Positions 10,025-19,562 of a DNA stretch of 64,000 nt are shown here, in pieces. Positions within the stretch are counted from its first letter, which is position 1. Every line of letters starts with the position of its first letter. The translations under genes and the position numbers were made by a program. Below the pieces are notes generated by a model. It ran no database searches, was not told the DNA's origin, and was given only the letters and a program-made list of their open reading frames with translations. The DNA is from Bacilli bacterium (GTDB lineage Bacteria; Bacillota_I; Bacilli_A; RFN20; CAG-826): contig JALRKT010000001.1 in assembly GCA_023268805.1 (NCBI GenBank), positions 20,561-84,560 on the forward strand. Direction: 5' to 3'.

Positions 10025-11062
10025 ATGAAAAAATCAACCTCAAAACGCGTTAAGTCGACGTTACTTGTACTGCTTTTCTCCTATGCAACCATTCTTGTTT
10101 TCCCACGGCCTCAAAGTTTTTCATTTGAAAATCCTTTACGCATTCAAGCTGGTCAACTTCCTCTCGCGATTGCTCACGGAGGAGGAAACTTAGAGTTCCC
10201 TGACAATACCTTAGAAGCGTATTATCATGCGTATTCCATTAACCCCGACGTCATGTTAGAAACCGATGTTAACTTAACTAAAGATGGCGTTATCATTTTA
10301 TCCCATGATCGAACCCTTGACCGTAAAACCAACTTAACGAATGCGGTTATTGCCGACATTAATTACAGTGATTTGATGGCCAATGAAGTTGATTTTGGTT
10401 ACGCAAACCCCACTGATGGCCCGAATGGGTTTAATGTTACTGAAACGTTCAATAAATATAAAAATGTGGAGGGGCAGGAAGTCACTCCCCTCGATGTGGT
10501 TTATCCAGAAGGGGTCTCAGCACGCCATCCGACAAAGTTTCTTGCCACCACCTTAGAACAACTCATCACCTTATTCCCGAATAATCTTATTAACGTTGAG
10601 ATTAAACAAACGGATACATTAGGATTGGCAGCCTTGGATGCCGTTATCGCCTTAATGGACGTTTATGCGGATAGCCACCAAACGTATCAACGCATTGTCT
10701 TGGCAAGTTTTCATGAAAATGTGTATCAAGCCCTGCAAGAATATCAACGAACGACCCACCCTCAGCTCATGTTTTCTCCTGAATTTAATGGGGTTCTTTC
10801 TTTTTACATTATGCAGTTAACAGGAACCTCTGTTTTTTATGATCATCGTGTCGCCGTCTTGCAATTACCGACGGAACAATTAGGACTTTCATTGACCACT
10901 TCTTCGTTAATTCAAACTGCTCACAAACACAACATCGCTGTCCATTATTGGACCATCAACGATGAAGCAACGATGATTGAACTCATTGAAAAAGGCGTCG
11001 ATGGCATTATGACCGACCGCCCCACGTTACTACAAAACGTTTTAGATCGTTATTCTATTTAA
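10025..11062 (+). CDS. Glycerophosphodiester phosphodiesterase (GDPD family), secreted or lipoprotein
   Basis: Signal peptide, then AHGGGNLEFPDNTLEAY...ETDVNLTKDG...SHD GDPD motifs. Confidence 0.85.
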   Translation: MKKSTSKRVKSTLLVLLFSYATILVFPRPQSFSFENPLRIQAGQLPLAIAHGGGNLEFPDNTLEAYYHAYSINPDVMLETDVNLTKDGVIILSHDRTLDRKTNLTNAVIADINYSDLMANEVDFGYANPTDGPNGFNVTETFNKYKNVEGQEVTPLDVVYPEGVSARHPTKFLATTLEQLITLFPNNLINVEIKQTDTLGLAALDAVIALMDVYADSHQTYQRIVLASFHENVYQALQEYQRTTHPQLMFSPEFNGVLSFYIMQLTGTSVFYDHRVAVLQLPTEQLGLSLTTSSLIQTAHKHNIAVHYWTINDEATMIELIEKGVDGIMTDRPTLLQNVLDRYSI

Positions 11063-12038
11063 TGGGGCGAATAAAAAACCGACCGTACACTTGGTGAGCA
11101 TACGACTCATCAATGAAGGATTCAGGATCAACCGCCCGAACAAGTTTAATCACATCTTGGGCTTCCGTACTTGAAACCACCATATAAATCACATATTTAT
11201 CCAAATTGGTGAAACCACCCTTGGCTTTGACAACCGTGCAACCGTGATGAAATTTTTGCATAATGACTTTGGGCATACTTTCCACACTTGTGACGATTTG
11301 TAGGCTCGTTTTCTTATTACGAACATTGATTGTATCCACCACTTTTGACGAGGTAAAGAAATAGATTAATGAAAAAATAATCGAGTTTAAAGCCCCATCG
11401 GTGGATTCGGTGGTAATAAGGTAAATAGTCGTAAAAATGAATAAAATGATGGTATTAAAAAGGATGGCAAATTTTCCTACTGAGGTAGATTTTACATTCG
11501 CAAAATAATAGGTGACAACATCAAGACCACCACTTGAAATTTCCATGACATAGGCGATCGAACTTGCAAGTCCTTGAAGCAATCCGGCAATGATTGCGCG
11601 TGACAACAAATCTTCGGTAATATTGACGAGTAAGGTCACATCGTTAGGAATAATTTCTATAAAAAAGGAAGTTAGAATGACATTGATCATCGAAAAGGTT
11701 GCGAAGCGTTTCCCAATTTTTGTATAGCCTAAAATAAAAATAGGAATATTCAACACAAAGTAAAACACGGCTTGTAACGTCCGATTATCAATCACATCAA
11801 GGAAGTGAATTAAGTCAAAAAAGCGATTTAAGGTTTGCGAGACCCCGGAAACGCCTCCGGTAATTAATGGAACCGCATTAACGTCACTGGAAGGAACGAT
11901 AAAGGAACGAAAAGTATAGGCTGCTAATAAAGAGGAGACAACCGTTCCCAAAAAGATCAATGTGTTTTCTAAAATTGTCTTTATTTTTGGGTGAATTTCT
12001 AACCAATGCGTCACATGTTGCCAGAGTTTGGAATCCAT
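11055..12038 (-). CDS. YitT-family membrane protein (DUF161 plus DUF2179-like C-terminus)
   Basis: Polytopic N-terminal region and soluble C-terminal domain typical of YitT/YqfU proteins. Confidence 0.75.
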   Translation of the reverse strand: MDSKLWQHVTHWLEIHPKIKTILENTLIFLGTVVSSLLAAYTFRSFIVPSSDVNAVPLITGGVSGVSQTLNRFFDLIHFLDVIDNRTLQAVFYFVLNIPIFILGYTKIGKRFATFSMINVILTSFFIEIIPNDVTLLVNITEDLLSRAIIAGLLQGLASSIAYVMEISSGGLDVVTYYFANVKSTSVGKFAILFNTIILFIFTTIYLITTESTDGALNSIIFSLIYFFTSSKVVDTINVRNKKTSLQIVTSVESMPKVIMQKFHHGCTVVKAKGGFTNLDKYVIYMVVSSTEAQDVIKLVRAVDPESFIDESYAHQVYGRFFIRPIK

Positions 12039-12184
12039 ATATAAACCTACTTTTTCTTGGACATTTCTGCCAAAAAGATTATATACTAAATATTGTGTCT
12101 TGATTAAAGTATTATTCTTATTGAAGAATACGTGTTCCTTTGATAAGATTAACGTGCTAAATCTAAACCTTTGGAGGCTTATAC

Positions 12185-12976
12185 ATGAAAGTTATTGGTC
12201 AATTTTTTGCAAAAATATTCGGTGGTCTCTGGAACTGGATTAAAGAAACCGCGTGGGTTCAACCGTTACTCATCGTCGGGATGATTTTTGCTGTTATCTT
12301 TTCCATTCCCACCATTTCTGAATGGGTTCAAAATGTGGCAGAAAGCATCAATTCCGCGGAAACCTACTATCGTAATTATCAAATGAACCTAGAAGGCGAA
12401 GAAGATTCTGAAGCGCAACAACTCATTGATGCGATGATGGAAGAATCCGATGAATATGGCGAAAAATTCATGCTCGTTTTTGTCCAAGTTAACTGCCAAT
12501 TCTGTAAAGATGTCCAACCTGCCTTTAAATTATTAGCCGAAGATACGGATCGCTTCTACGGAACAAAACGTGTGGGTGGTGAAATTACTCCCGTCACCAA
12601 AGACGAATTCGGAACATTTAAAATTTTCACCATTTTCATTGATGAAGAATACTCCTATACCGAAGATGAATCCACAACCCCCTTTGAGCGTTTCTTACAA
12701 CGTAACGATGCCTTTTTAGAACGCACCGCGGAAGTTGCTCGTAACTCATGGTACACGATTAATGGTTACTTAGATGAATCGCGTATCGACACCTTAGAAG
12801 CTGGTGAATCTAACGCAGTTCCTACCCCCACCGTCATCATGTATGATCTATCGAACAATTCCCCAGAAGTTGGGATTTCCGAACTCATGATTTCTGTCTC
12901 TGGATCGACCTCCTATGACCGCGCCACGTTGCTCTCCAATGCATGGATGCACCGTGTTGAATTTGCCTTACAATAA
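12185..12976 (+). CDS. Membrane-anchored thioredoxin-like CxxC protein, hypothetical
   Basis: N-terminal TM, acidic linker, VQVNCQFCKDVQPAF thioredoxin-like motif. GGAGG SD. Confidence 0.45.
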   Translation: MKVIGQFFAKIFGGLWNWIKETAWVQPLLIVGMIFAVIFSIPTISEWVQNVAESINSAETYYRNYQMNLEGEEDSEAQQLIDAMMEESDEYGEKFMLVFVQVNCQFCKDVQPAFKLLAEDTDRFYGTKRVGGEITPVTKDEFGTFKIFTIFIDEEYSYTEDESTTPFERFLQRNDAFLERTAEVARNSWYTINGYLDESRIDTLEAGESNAVPTPTVIMYDLSNNSPEVGISELMISVSGSTSYDRATLLSNAWMHRVEFALQ

Positions 12977-12995
12977 CCGCTTTCATAGATTAATT

Positions 12996-13030
12996 CTGAA
13001 AACCACCTTGAAGCCAAGGTGGTTTTTTGT
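12996..13030 (+). terminator. Rho-independent terminator
   Basis: CCTTGAAGCCAAGG hairpin followed by TGGTTTTTTGT. Confidence 0.5.
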
Positions 13031-13041
13031 ATAATAAGGGC

Positions 13042-13818
13042 ATGTCACGTTCTTTGGTTCATATTGGCATCGACAATGACCGTGTTTTTGCCGCGGTCAC
13101 AAAACGCAAAGGCGGTTTTTCACATCCCCCGTTTGATGGGCTTAATTTAGGCTTTCAAACCGGTGATAACCAAGATACTGTTCGCCACAATCGTCAGACG
13201 TTGATCAACGCGTTACCAACCACTTTAGCCCCAATGATCTATACCTATCAATCCCACTCAACAATCCTTCAAAAAGTTTCAAAAAAAGATGCAGGGCGAG
13301 GTGGTGATTCCTTTGAATCCGGTATTCCTGCGGATGCCCTTTATACAACCGAACGATTCCTCCCGATAGGCATTTTTCATGCGGATTGTGTCCCCGTCTT
13401 TTTAGTCCACCTTCATCAACCATTAATTGCCATTATTCATGCAGGAACCCCAGGTTCTTTAGCACAAATCACTTTAAAATCCATTCAAACAATTTGTCAA
13501 AATGAAAAGGTTGAGGCAAAAGACTTTTCCGCTTATCTTGGACCATCGCTAGATTTTGCGCATCACCCGATTTCGGTTGAACGTGTTGATGAAATTCTTG
13601 GGATGAATCGAAGTTTTGCACCTGCCATTAAATTAATCTCGGGGCAATTTTATTTAGATGTGCCGTTATTAAATTATATGCAACTCATCGAAGCAGGACT
13701 TCACCCGGATGCGATTCGGGTGAGTTCGGTAGATACTTATTCCAATGCGAAAGAATATTTTTCTGCGTCTCGCGATGAAAAAACAGGACGTCATCTTTCG
13801 TTTATTTATTTGAAGTAG
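13042..13818 (+). CDS. pgeF: PgeF/YfiH family (DUF152) purine-nucleoside phosphorylase / peptidoglycan editing factor
   Basis: GFSHPPFDGLNLGF, FHADCVPVF and AIIHAGTPGS motifs. The caller's TTG at 13027 lies in a TGTATAAT element; ATG at 13042 follows AAGGG. Confidence 0.8.
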   Translation: MSRSLVHIGIDNDRVFAAVTKRKGGFSHPPFDGLNLGFQTGDNQDTVRHNRQTLINALPTTLAPMIYTYQSHSTILQKVSKKDAGRGGDSFESGIPADALYTTERFLPIGIFHADCVPVFLVHLHQPLIAIIHAGTPGSLAQITLKSIQTICQNEKVEAKDFSAYLGPSLDFAHHPISVERVDEILGMNRSFAPAIKLISGQFYLDVPLLNYMQLIEAGLHPDAIRVSSVDTYSNAKEYFSASRDEKTGRHLSFIYLK

Positions 13819-14311
13819 TTTTTACTTTTTCTAAATACGTTAAAACAAGGGGGGGTACAAGGGTTGATACATCAACGCCTTGTTTTGCTAATTGTTTGAT
13901 CATGCTTGAAGAAATAAAATCATGTTGATGATTCGCCATGAAAAAAACCATTTCAATGCTTGGATCAATAAACTGATTTCCAGCGAAAATCTCATGCTCA
14001 TAATTAAAATCCGGAACGGCTCGTAAACCACGGACGATGGCGATAGCATGATGCGATTTGGCATACTCCACGGTTAACCCTGTCGACGCATCGACACGTA
14101 CACGCGATGAATCAAGTTGCTTTGCGACATCATTCAACATCGCCATCCGTTCTTTTGCCGAAAAGGTTGCGACTTTTTGTGGATTGACAGCGAGCAATAA
14201 AATGACTTCATCAAAAAGTTTTAAGGAACGTTTTAAAATATCGATATGCCCGTTCGTGATGGGATCGAAAGTTCCTGGATAAATTGCGATTTTTTTGTGT
14301 GTTACTTCCAT
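13802..14311 (-). CDS. coaD: Phosphopantetheine adenylyltransferase
   Basis: IAIYPGTFDPITNGHIDIL. Confidence 0.92.
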   Translation of the reverse strand: MEVTHKKIAIYPGTFDPITNGHIDILKRSLKLFDEVILLLAVNPQKVATFSAKERMAMLNDVAKQLDSSRVRVDASTGLTVEYAKSHHAIAIVRGLRAVPDFNYEHEIFAGNQFIDPSIEMVFFMANHQHDFISSSMIKQLAKQGVDVSTLVPPLVLTYLEKVKTTSNK

Positions 14312-14850
14312 AAGATTGCAACATGAGTCATCCCATATTCATAGTGCTTAAGGCGTTGATGGTCAACGGAGCTTAACCACGTTATTGGGACACTATCCTC
14401 AACAATAAGTATACCATTTTCTTTTAATAACCCGAGGGAGACAATATTTTGGTATGCGGACTCAGCAAGTCCCTTGGCATATGGAGGATCAAGAAAGATG
14501 AAATCAAACGTCCGTTTTTCTTGGGATAATTTTTCAAGGCATCGAGAATACGCCAAACTTAATAGGGTCGTTTGGGTTTCTACCTTTAATGCCTTAACAT
14601 TTGCTTCTAACACCAGGTATGCAGTTTTAAGACGGTCATTAAAAACCATTGATGCACATCCTCGTGAAAGGGCTTCAAACCCTAACGATCCTGAACCAGC
14701 GAATAAATCTAAACCGTCTTTATCGACAATCCCCAAACCAAGGGAAGAAAAAATGGCCTCTTTAACACGATCCTTGGTGGGTTGTGTTTCCGGAGAATCA
14801 GGAGTTTGTAATAATCGCGAACGAAAACGTCCTGCAATAATACGTAACAT
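14302..14850 (-). CDS. rsmD: 16S rRNA (guanine966-N2)-methyltransferase
   Basis: DLFAGSGSLGFEALSRG and FLDPPY motifs. Overlaps coaD by 10 nt. Confidence 0.9.
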   Translation of the reverse strand: MLRIIAGRFRSRLLQTPDSPETQPTKDRVKEAIFSSLGLGIVDKDGLDLFAGSGSLGFEALSRGCASMVFNDRLKTAYLVLEANVKALKVETQTTLLSLAYSRCLEKLSQEKRTFDFIFLDPPYAKGLAESAYQNIVSLGLLKENGILIVEDSVPITWLSSVDHQRLKHYEYGMTHVAILWK

Positions 14851-14853
14851 GAT

Positions 14854-15216
14854 TTAAAGACACCCTTTGATGGGCGTATGAAAAGGATCAAAGACTTCGG
14901 TTTGAATGGACCGGTAAAGCGTACGAACTTGCCCATATGCTTTTAAGTAATCGCGGACGAGGGGATGGGCATCAATCATAATTTTTTGTTGATGAAGTTG
15001 TTTTTGAACCTCTATGAGTTGAGGATGATCATCCCCATAAAGTTCCCATAAACGCGTGTAATCTTCTTGAAGAGCATGAAAACGATCAGTCATCATCAGC
15101 AAGGATTGATGTTGATTTAGTTGATGGTTAAGGGCTTCTAAATGGACAACCACAGGCTCTTGTTCAAGGGTGTCTTTGAGGTCGTAAGCAAGGCTAATAA
15201 TTTCTTGAAAACTCAT
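14854..15216 (-). CDS. YlbF/YmcA-family (UPF0342) regulatory protein, RicF-like
   Basis: 120-aa helical protein. Sits directly upstream of rsmD-coaD, matching the B. subtilis ylbF-ylbG-ylbH-coaD neighbourhood. Confidence 0.5.
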   Translation of the reverse strand: MSFQEIISLAYDLKDTLEQEPVVVHLEALNHQLNQHQSLLMMTDRFHALQEDYTRLWELYGDDHPQLIEVQKQLHQQKIMIDAHPLVRDYLKAYGQVRTLYRSIQTEVFDPFHTPIKGCL

Positions 15217-15278
15217 TCTAGCAATACTTTACCATACTCGCTTTTAAGCAAGTGAAAAAAATATGATAAGATAACGAC

Positions 15279-15821
15279 ATGAAAGTCAAACTCATTTTTG
15301 ATCCTCATCCTGTTTTACGGCAGCGCGCTGCCGTCGTCCCTTTACCGTTATCCAAAGAAGATGAAACCATTTTACTCGCGTTAATGAAGTATGTTAAACA
15401 ATCGCAAAATAAAGAGTATGCGGAAAAGCATCATATTCGAGAAGGCATCGGTCTTGCTGCCCCCCAAGTCGGTATTTCCAAGCGGATGACTGCGATTTCT
15501 TTTCCGTTGGAAGATCGTTTAGTAGAGTATGCGCTTGTCAATCCTGTGATTCTTTCCTCTTCCGTTAAAAAAGTAGCCCTTCATTCGGGTGAAGGATGTC
15601 TTTCAGTGAATGAAGACCATCCTGGTTATGTGTATCGTTCCAACAAAATCATGGTAAAAGCATTTGATTATTTACAACAAAAAGAAATCCAAATTACGGC
15701 CTATGGTTTTGAAGCGATTGTTCTTCAACACGAAATTGATCATTTAAATGGGGTTCTTTTTTATGATTACATTGCCAAAGATGACCCTTTCAAAGAACTT
15801 ACAAACGCAGAAATCATCTAA
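15279..15821 (+). CDS. def: Peptide deformylase
   Basis: GIGLAAPQVG, EGCLSV and HEIDHLNG motifs. Confidence 0.93.
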   Translation: MKVKLIFDPHPVLRQRAAVVPLPLSKEDETILLALMKYVKQSQNKEYAEKHHIREGIGLAAPQVGISKRMTAISFPLEDRLVEYALVNPVILSSSVKKVALHSGEGCLSVNEDHPGYVYRSNKIMVKAFDYLQQKEIQITAYGFEAIVLQHEIDHLNGVLFYDYIAKDDPFKELTNAEII

Positions 15822-15918
15822 TTTCTTTACAAATCCACTTTATCCACGTATACTTGAGACGAATTTGATGTTGCATAGCATGATCATGTCAATTTAAATA
15901 AAAAGGAGACGATTTTTA

Positions 15919-17601
15919 ATGGCGTTAAACGCGTTTAATTCGGGTGTGTCTGTTTACGCACTCGGGGGACTAGGAGAAGTAGGAAAAAACACCTACTGTG
16001 TTGAGTCTGACCAAACCTTGGTTATGATTGATGCAGGGGTTCGCTTTCCAGAAGAAGATTTACCAGGGGTGGATTATGTCATTCCTGATTATTCCCATTT
16101 AAAAAACAATCAACGTAAACTCAAAGCACTCGTAATTACTCACGGGCACGAAGACCACATTGGCGGTGTACCTTTTTTAGTCCAACATGTGTATATTCCG
16201 GTGATTTACGCCCCACGCTTAGCTGCGGCATTTATCCGTCACAAATTACAAGATAATCGGATCAAAGAACCCGTGAAGATTATCGAATATGAAGAAAACA
16301 CCATTCTCAATATTGGCGAATTTAAAATTAGTTTCTTTTCGATGACCCACTCCATTCCCGATGCGTTTGGCGTGTGTGTCGATACGCCTGAGGGTCGCAT
16401 TGCGACGACTGGGGATTTCAAAATTGATTTAACCCCTGTGGGTGCAGAAATAAACCTCGGTAAAATTGCCAAGTTAGGAACCGAAGGCGTCGATTTACTT
16501 TTATCAGACTCCACCAATGCAGAAATCGAAGGTTACACCCCAAGCGAACGTGCCGTCATTGGTGCCATCAACGATATTTTTGAAAATGCCGAGGGACGCC
16601 TTATTATTTCTACGTTTTCAAGTAATATTTCACGGATTCAACAAATCATTGAAGCGGCTGTTTCCTTTAAAAAGAAACTTGTCATTATTGGTCGTTCCAT
16701 GGAAAATGCGGTCAGTATGTCCCGTAAATTAGGGTATATTCGAATTCCTGATTCTTCCATTGTCCCCTCTGAAGACGTTCGTAGTCTCCGCCCCGAAGAA
16801 ACGGTGATTATTTGTACGGGATCGCAAGGGGAACCGATGGCAGCCCTTTCTCGAATTGCTAAAGGGGAACATCGCCAAGTAAAGATTATTCCCGGTGATA
16901 CCGTTGTTTTTTCTTCAAGTCCAATCCCTGGGAATGGTTTAAGTATTAACCGTGTAGTAAACCAGTTAACCCGTGCTGGTGCCAATGTTTTAACGAATTC
17001 TATTTTATTTAATGTTCACTCCTCCGGTCACCCTGCTCGTCAAGAACTACGCATCATGTTAAAGCTTTTCCGACCCCGTTATTTTATGCCCATGCATGGA
17101 GAATATCGGATGTTAAAACTTCACGCAGAAATTGCGGAATCATTAGGCATGCCAAAAGATAACGCCTTTATTTGCCGCAATGGCGACACGCTCGTTCTCA
17201 AACGCAAAGAAGTAACACGTGGACCCAGCGTTCCTGCGGAAGCGGTATACATCGATGGTAAAGACATTAATGGTTTATCCACTGCGGTTATTCGTGACCG
17301 CAAAATTCTGTCGGATGATGGATTAGTCTCTGTATCCATTGTCATTGATGCGAGTCAAAATAAACTTCTCATCCCACCTTCGATTACAGCCTTAGGATTT
17401 GTGTACAAAAGTTCCAACGATTTATTAAAACAAGCGGAAAAGAAATTGGCCGATCGCTTAGAATCCATCATGAAAAATCGTACATCGTTTTCTGAGTTAA
17501 AAAACACCATCAAAGACGTCGTCGGTCGTTACTTTTTTATTAAAACCCAACGCAATCCGATGATTGTTCCTGTGATCATGAATCGCAGTAAAGCGAATTA
17601 G
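15919..17601 (+). CDS. rnj: Ribonuclease J
   Basis: 560 aa. Metallo-beta-lactamase HGHEDHIGG, beta-CASP and C-terminal domain. Confidence 0.93.
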   Translation: MALNAFNSGVSVYALGGLGEVGKNTYCVESDQTLVMIDAGVRFPEEDLPGVDYVIPDYSHLKNNQRKLKALVITHGHEDHIGGVPFLVQHVYIPVIYAPRLAAAFIRHKLQDNRIKEPVKIIEYEENTILNIGEFKISFFSMTHSIPDAFGVCVDTPEGRIATTGDFKIDLTPVGAEINLGKIAKLGTEGVDLLLSDSTNAEIEGYTPSERAVIGAINDIFENAEGRLIISTFSSNISRIQQIIEAAVSFKKKLVIIGRSMENAVSMSRKLGYIRIPDSSIVPSEDVRSLRPEETVIICTGSQGEPMAALSRIAKGEHRQVKIIPGDTVVFSSSPIPGNGLSINRVVNQLTRAGANVLTNSILFNVHSSGHPARQELRIMLKLFRPRYFMPMHGEYRMLKLHAEIAESLGMPKDNAFICRNGDTLVLKRKEVTRGPSVPAEAVYIDGKDINGLSTAVIRDRKILSDDGLVSVSIVIDASQNKLLIPPSITALGFVYKSSNDLLKQAEKKLADRLESIMKNRTSFSELKNTIKDVVGRYFFIKTQRNPMIVPVIMNRSKAN

Positions 17602-18383
17602 TTTTTCACAAAGGTTTTGCGAATCGTTTCAATATAACTGTGTCGTTTTTGATGGACAATTTTTAAGGCAATTCCGCTGAGGGAGACCGTGACGGAATCC
17701 ACTATTTTTTCCGGCTTATAAAGTTGGTGATCATAGCCAAAAATCGCGGATTTGAAATCACCTTTGAACGTAATTTTTCGGGTCGGATCGAGGACGAGTG
17801 AACTACCAAGACTTCGATACACATTGTTTTGGATTGACGCCATTTCGGTGAGTTGTAAGGTCGGTAAGCGTCCATCCACCACACTGCCCCCTAAACTTTT
17901 GTTATACGCACTGGAGCCTAAGGTACTTGAAACAATTAATCCGGTACCGCGGAACGTTTCTAAATGTTCTTGATCAATATGCACATGTGTTACGAGCGTT
18001 TGAAAGGGATCTTCAACACGTACTTCATTCACCGCATAGAAGGTTTGAGGTTGTTCTCCTTCTAACGTCATACTTAATAATGGGTAAGATTTTGCGAGCG
18101 TTTGAAATGTTGGTATATCTGAAATTAAGGCTGAAATTTCAGTTGGACTGTATTCGCAAAAAAAGCCCAGAGATCCAGAATGAATGCCAATGAAAATGAC
18201 ACTGGAAAGAATGGCTTGAAAGTGTTGAACGGCGCGGAGGAAAGTTCCATCCCCACCGACAAAGAAAATGTATTCTGGGCGTTGATCATTAAATTGATGC
18301 CCATCTGTTTGTAATTTCAGTCTTAAATCGTGACTGATTTTTTCTGAGGATGCGTCATCCCGTGCTACTATAGTAAATGTCAT
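17598..18383 (-). CDS. nadK: NAD kinase
   Basis: GGDGTFL motif, 261 aa. Confidence 0.9.
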   Translation of the reverse strand: MTFTIVARDDASSEKISHDLRLKLQTDGHQFNDQRPEYIFFVGGDGTFLRAVQHFQAILSSVIFIGIHSGSLGFFCEYSPTEISALISDIPTFQTLAKSYPLLSMTLEGEQPQTFYAVNEVRVEDPFQTLVTHVHIDQEHLETFRGTGLIVSSTLGSSAYNKSLGGSVVDGRLPTLQLTEMASIQNNVYRSLGSSLVLDPTRKITFKGDFKSAIFGYDHQLYKPEKIVDSVTVSLSGIALKIVHQKRHSYIETIRKTFVKN

Positions 18384-18447
18384 AACGTATCCTTTTTGAC
18401 TCCTATGCGCCTTATTTTATCATAAGAAAAGAAATCGAGGAAAAGCC

Positions 18448-19020
18448 ATGTCCACAAACATTGAAATTGAAGCGAAAATTCTTGTCAGTGAAAAAGAATT
18501 TCAAATGATTAAATCCTTTCTTCAACTGGAAACGATCACGCCTGTCACACAGACAAATTATTACATTGATAGCGAAGAAGGAAGTTTACGAAACTACGGT
18601 TTTGCCTTACGCATTCGCGCCATTCGTTCTCATTACACGCTCACCTTAAAATCCCCGATGGCGGAAGGTACTCTTGAAAAAAACCAAGTGATTTCTGAAA
18701 AAGCTTATCTTGCTTTACGTCAACAACAACAATTTCCCCAAGGTGAAATTGATGAATTTTTAACGATGTTCGGCTTTAAAACATCCACCTTTCGTATCAT
18801 CGCTGAGTTAACAACCCATCGCATTGATACGACCTATCAAGGGCAACATCTTTGTTTAGATGTCAACCACTATAATGGTGAGACTGATTACGAAATTGAA
18901 AGTGAACAGTCCTCATTAAAATATGCGGCGGAAACACTCAAACAACTTTGCGAAGCAACCCAAATTTCCTATCAAGAAAATCATGTTTCTAAATACGCTC
19001 GTGCATTAAAAAGTTTATAA
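18448..19020 (+). CDS. CYTH-domain protein (YjbK-like triphosphatase/adenylate cyclase fold)
   Basis: Starts EIEAKILV (ExExK CYTH signature). Adjacent to nadK as in the B. subtilis yjbK-ppnK region. Confidence 0.75.
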   Translation: MSTNIEIEAKILVSEKEFQMIKSFLQLETITPVTQTNYYIDSEEGSLRNYGFALRIRAIRSHYTLTLKSPMAEGTLEKNQVISEKAYLALRQQQQFPQGEIDEFLTMFGFKTSTFRIIAELTTHRIDTTYQGQHLCLDVNHYNGETDYEIESEQSSLKYAAETLKQLCEATQISYQENHVSKYARALKSL

Positions 19021-19029
19021 GGAAATAAT

Positions 19030-19452
19030 TTATTCCGCAGTATCAGGTTCGTTATCTAAAGCGGAGCTAAAACCCGCTTTGGCTAATTCTTTATAGCGGC
19101 GACTAATCGGAATAAAGGTGCGAATTTCTTCTTCGTTATATCCAACTTGTACCCGACGATCGTCGACCATAATGGGACGTTTTAATATCGAAGGATTTTG
19201 CCGTATGAATTTAAGCAATTCGGAGATGGACATCGATTCAACGTCGATATTTTGGTCTTTAATTATTTTACTTCGGGTAGAGATAATGTCCTCGGTCCCA
19301 TTTTCAGTCTTGGACAACATATCTTTAAGTTCAATTTCGTTAAGGGTTGCCGAAAAGATATTCCGTTCTTCATAAGGAATATTTTCCATTTCAAACCACT
19401 TTTTTACTTTACGGCAGCTCGAGCAACTCGGTGAGGTATATATTCGGACCAA
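19030..19452 (-). CDS. spx: Spx (ArsC-family) global redox regulator
   Basis: VRIYTSPSCSSCRKVKKWFEME, then EDIISTRSKI and RVQVGYNEEEIRTF, strongly Spx-like. TTG start at 19452 is 10 nt after GGGAGG; the caller's ATG at 19473 contains the SD. Confidence 0.85.
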   Translation of the reverse strand: MVRIYTSPSCSSCRKVKKWFEMENIPYEERNIFSATLNEIELKDMLSKTENGTEDIISTRSKIIKDQNIDVESMSISELLKFIRQNPSILKRPIMVDDRRVQVGYNEEEIRTFIPISRRYKELAKAGFSSALDNEPDTAE

Positions 19453-19562
19453 TGGCTTTTCGCCTCCCGTCAACGTAATTATACGCTTAATTCAAAAATA
19501 AACCTAATCATCACGGAAAAGATTTGCTAAAATGGAAATTGAACCGCACGTAGAGAAATGAT

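Noticed and set aside
9856-10053. 65-aa plus-strand ORF spanning tRNA-Ser(CGA)
   Set aside because: It overlaps the tRNA gene and its promoter, has no SD, and its product is not protein-like.
19474-19562. T-box leader upstream of trpS
   Set aside because: The intergenic region is only ~90 nt, with no T-box antiterminator consensus or specifier-loop architecture. No T-box evidence upstream of proS, argS or gltX either.
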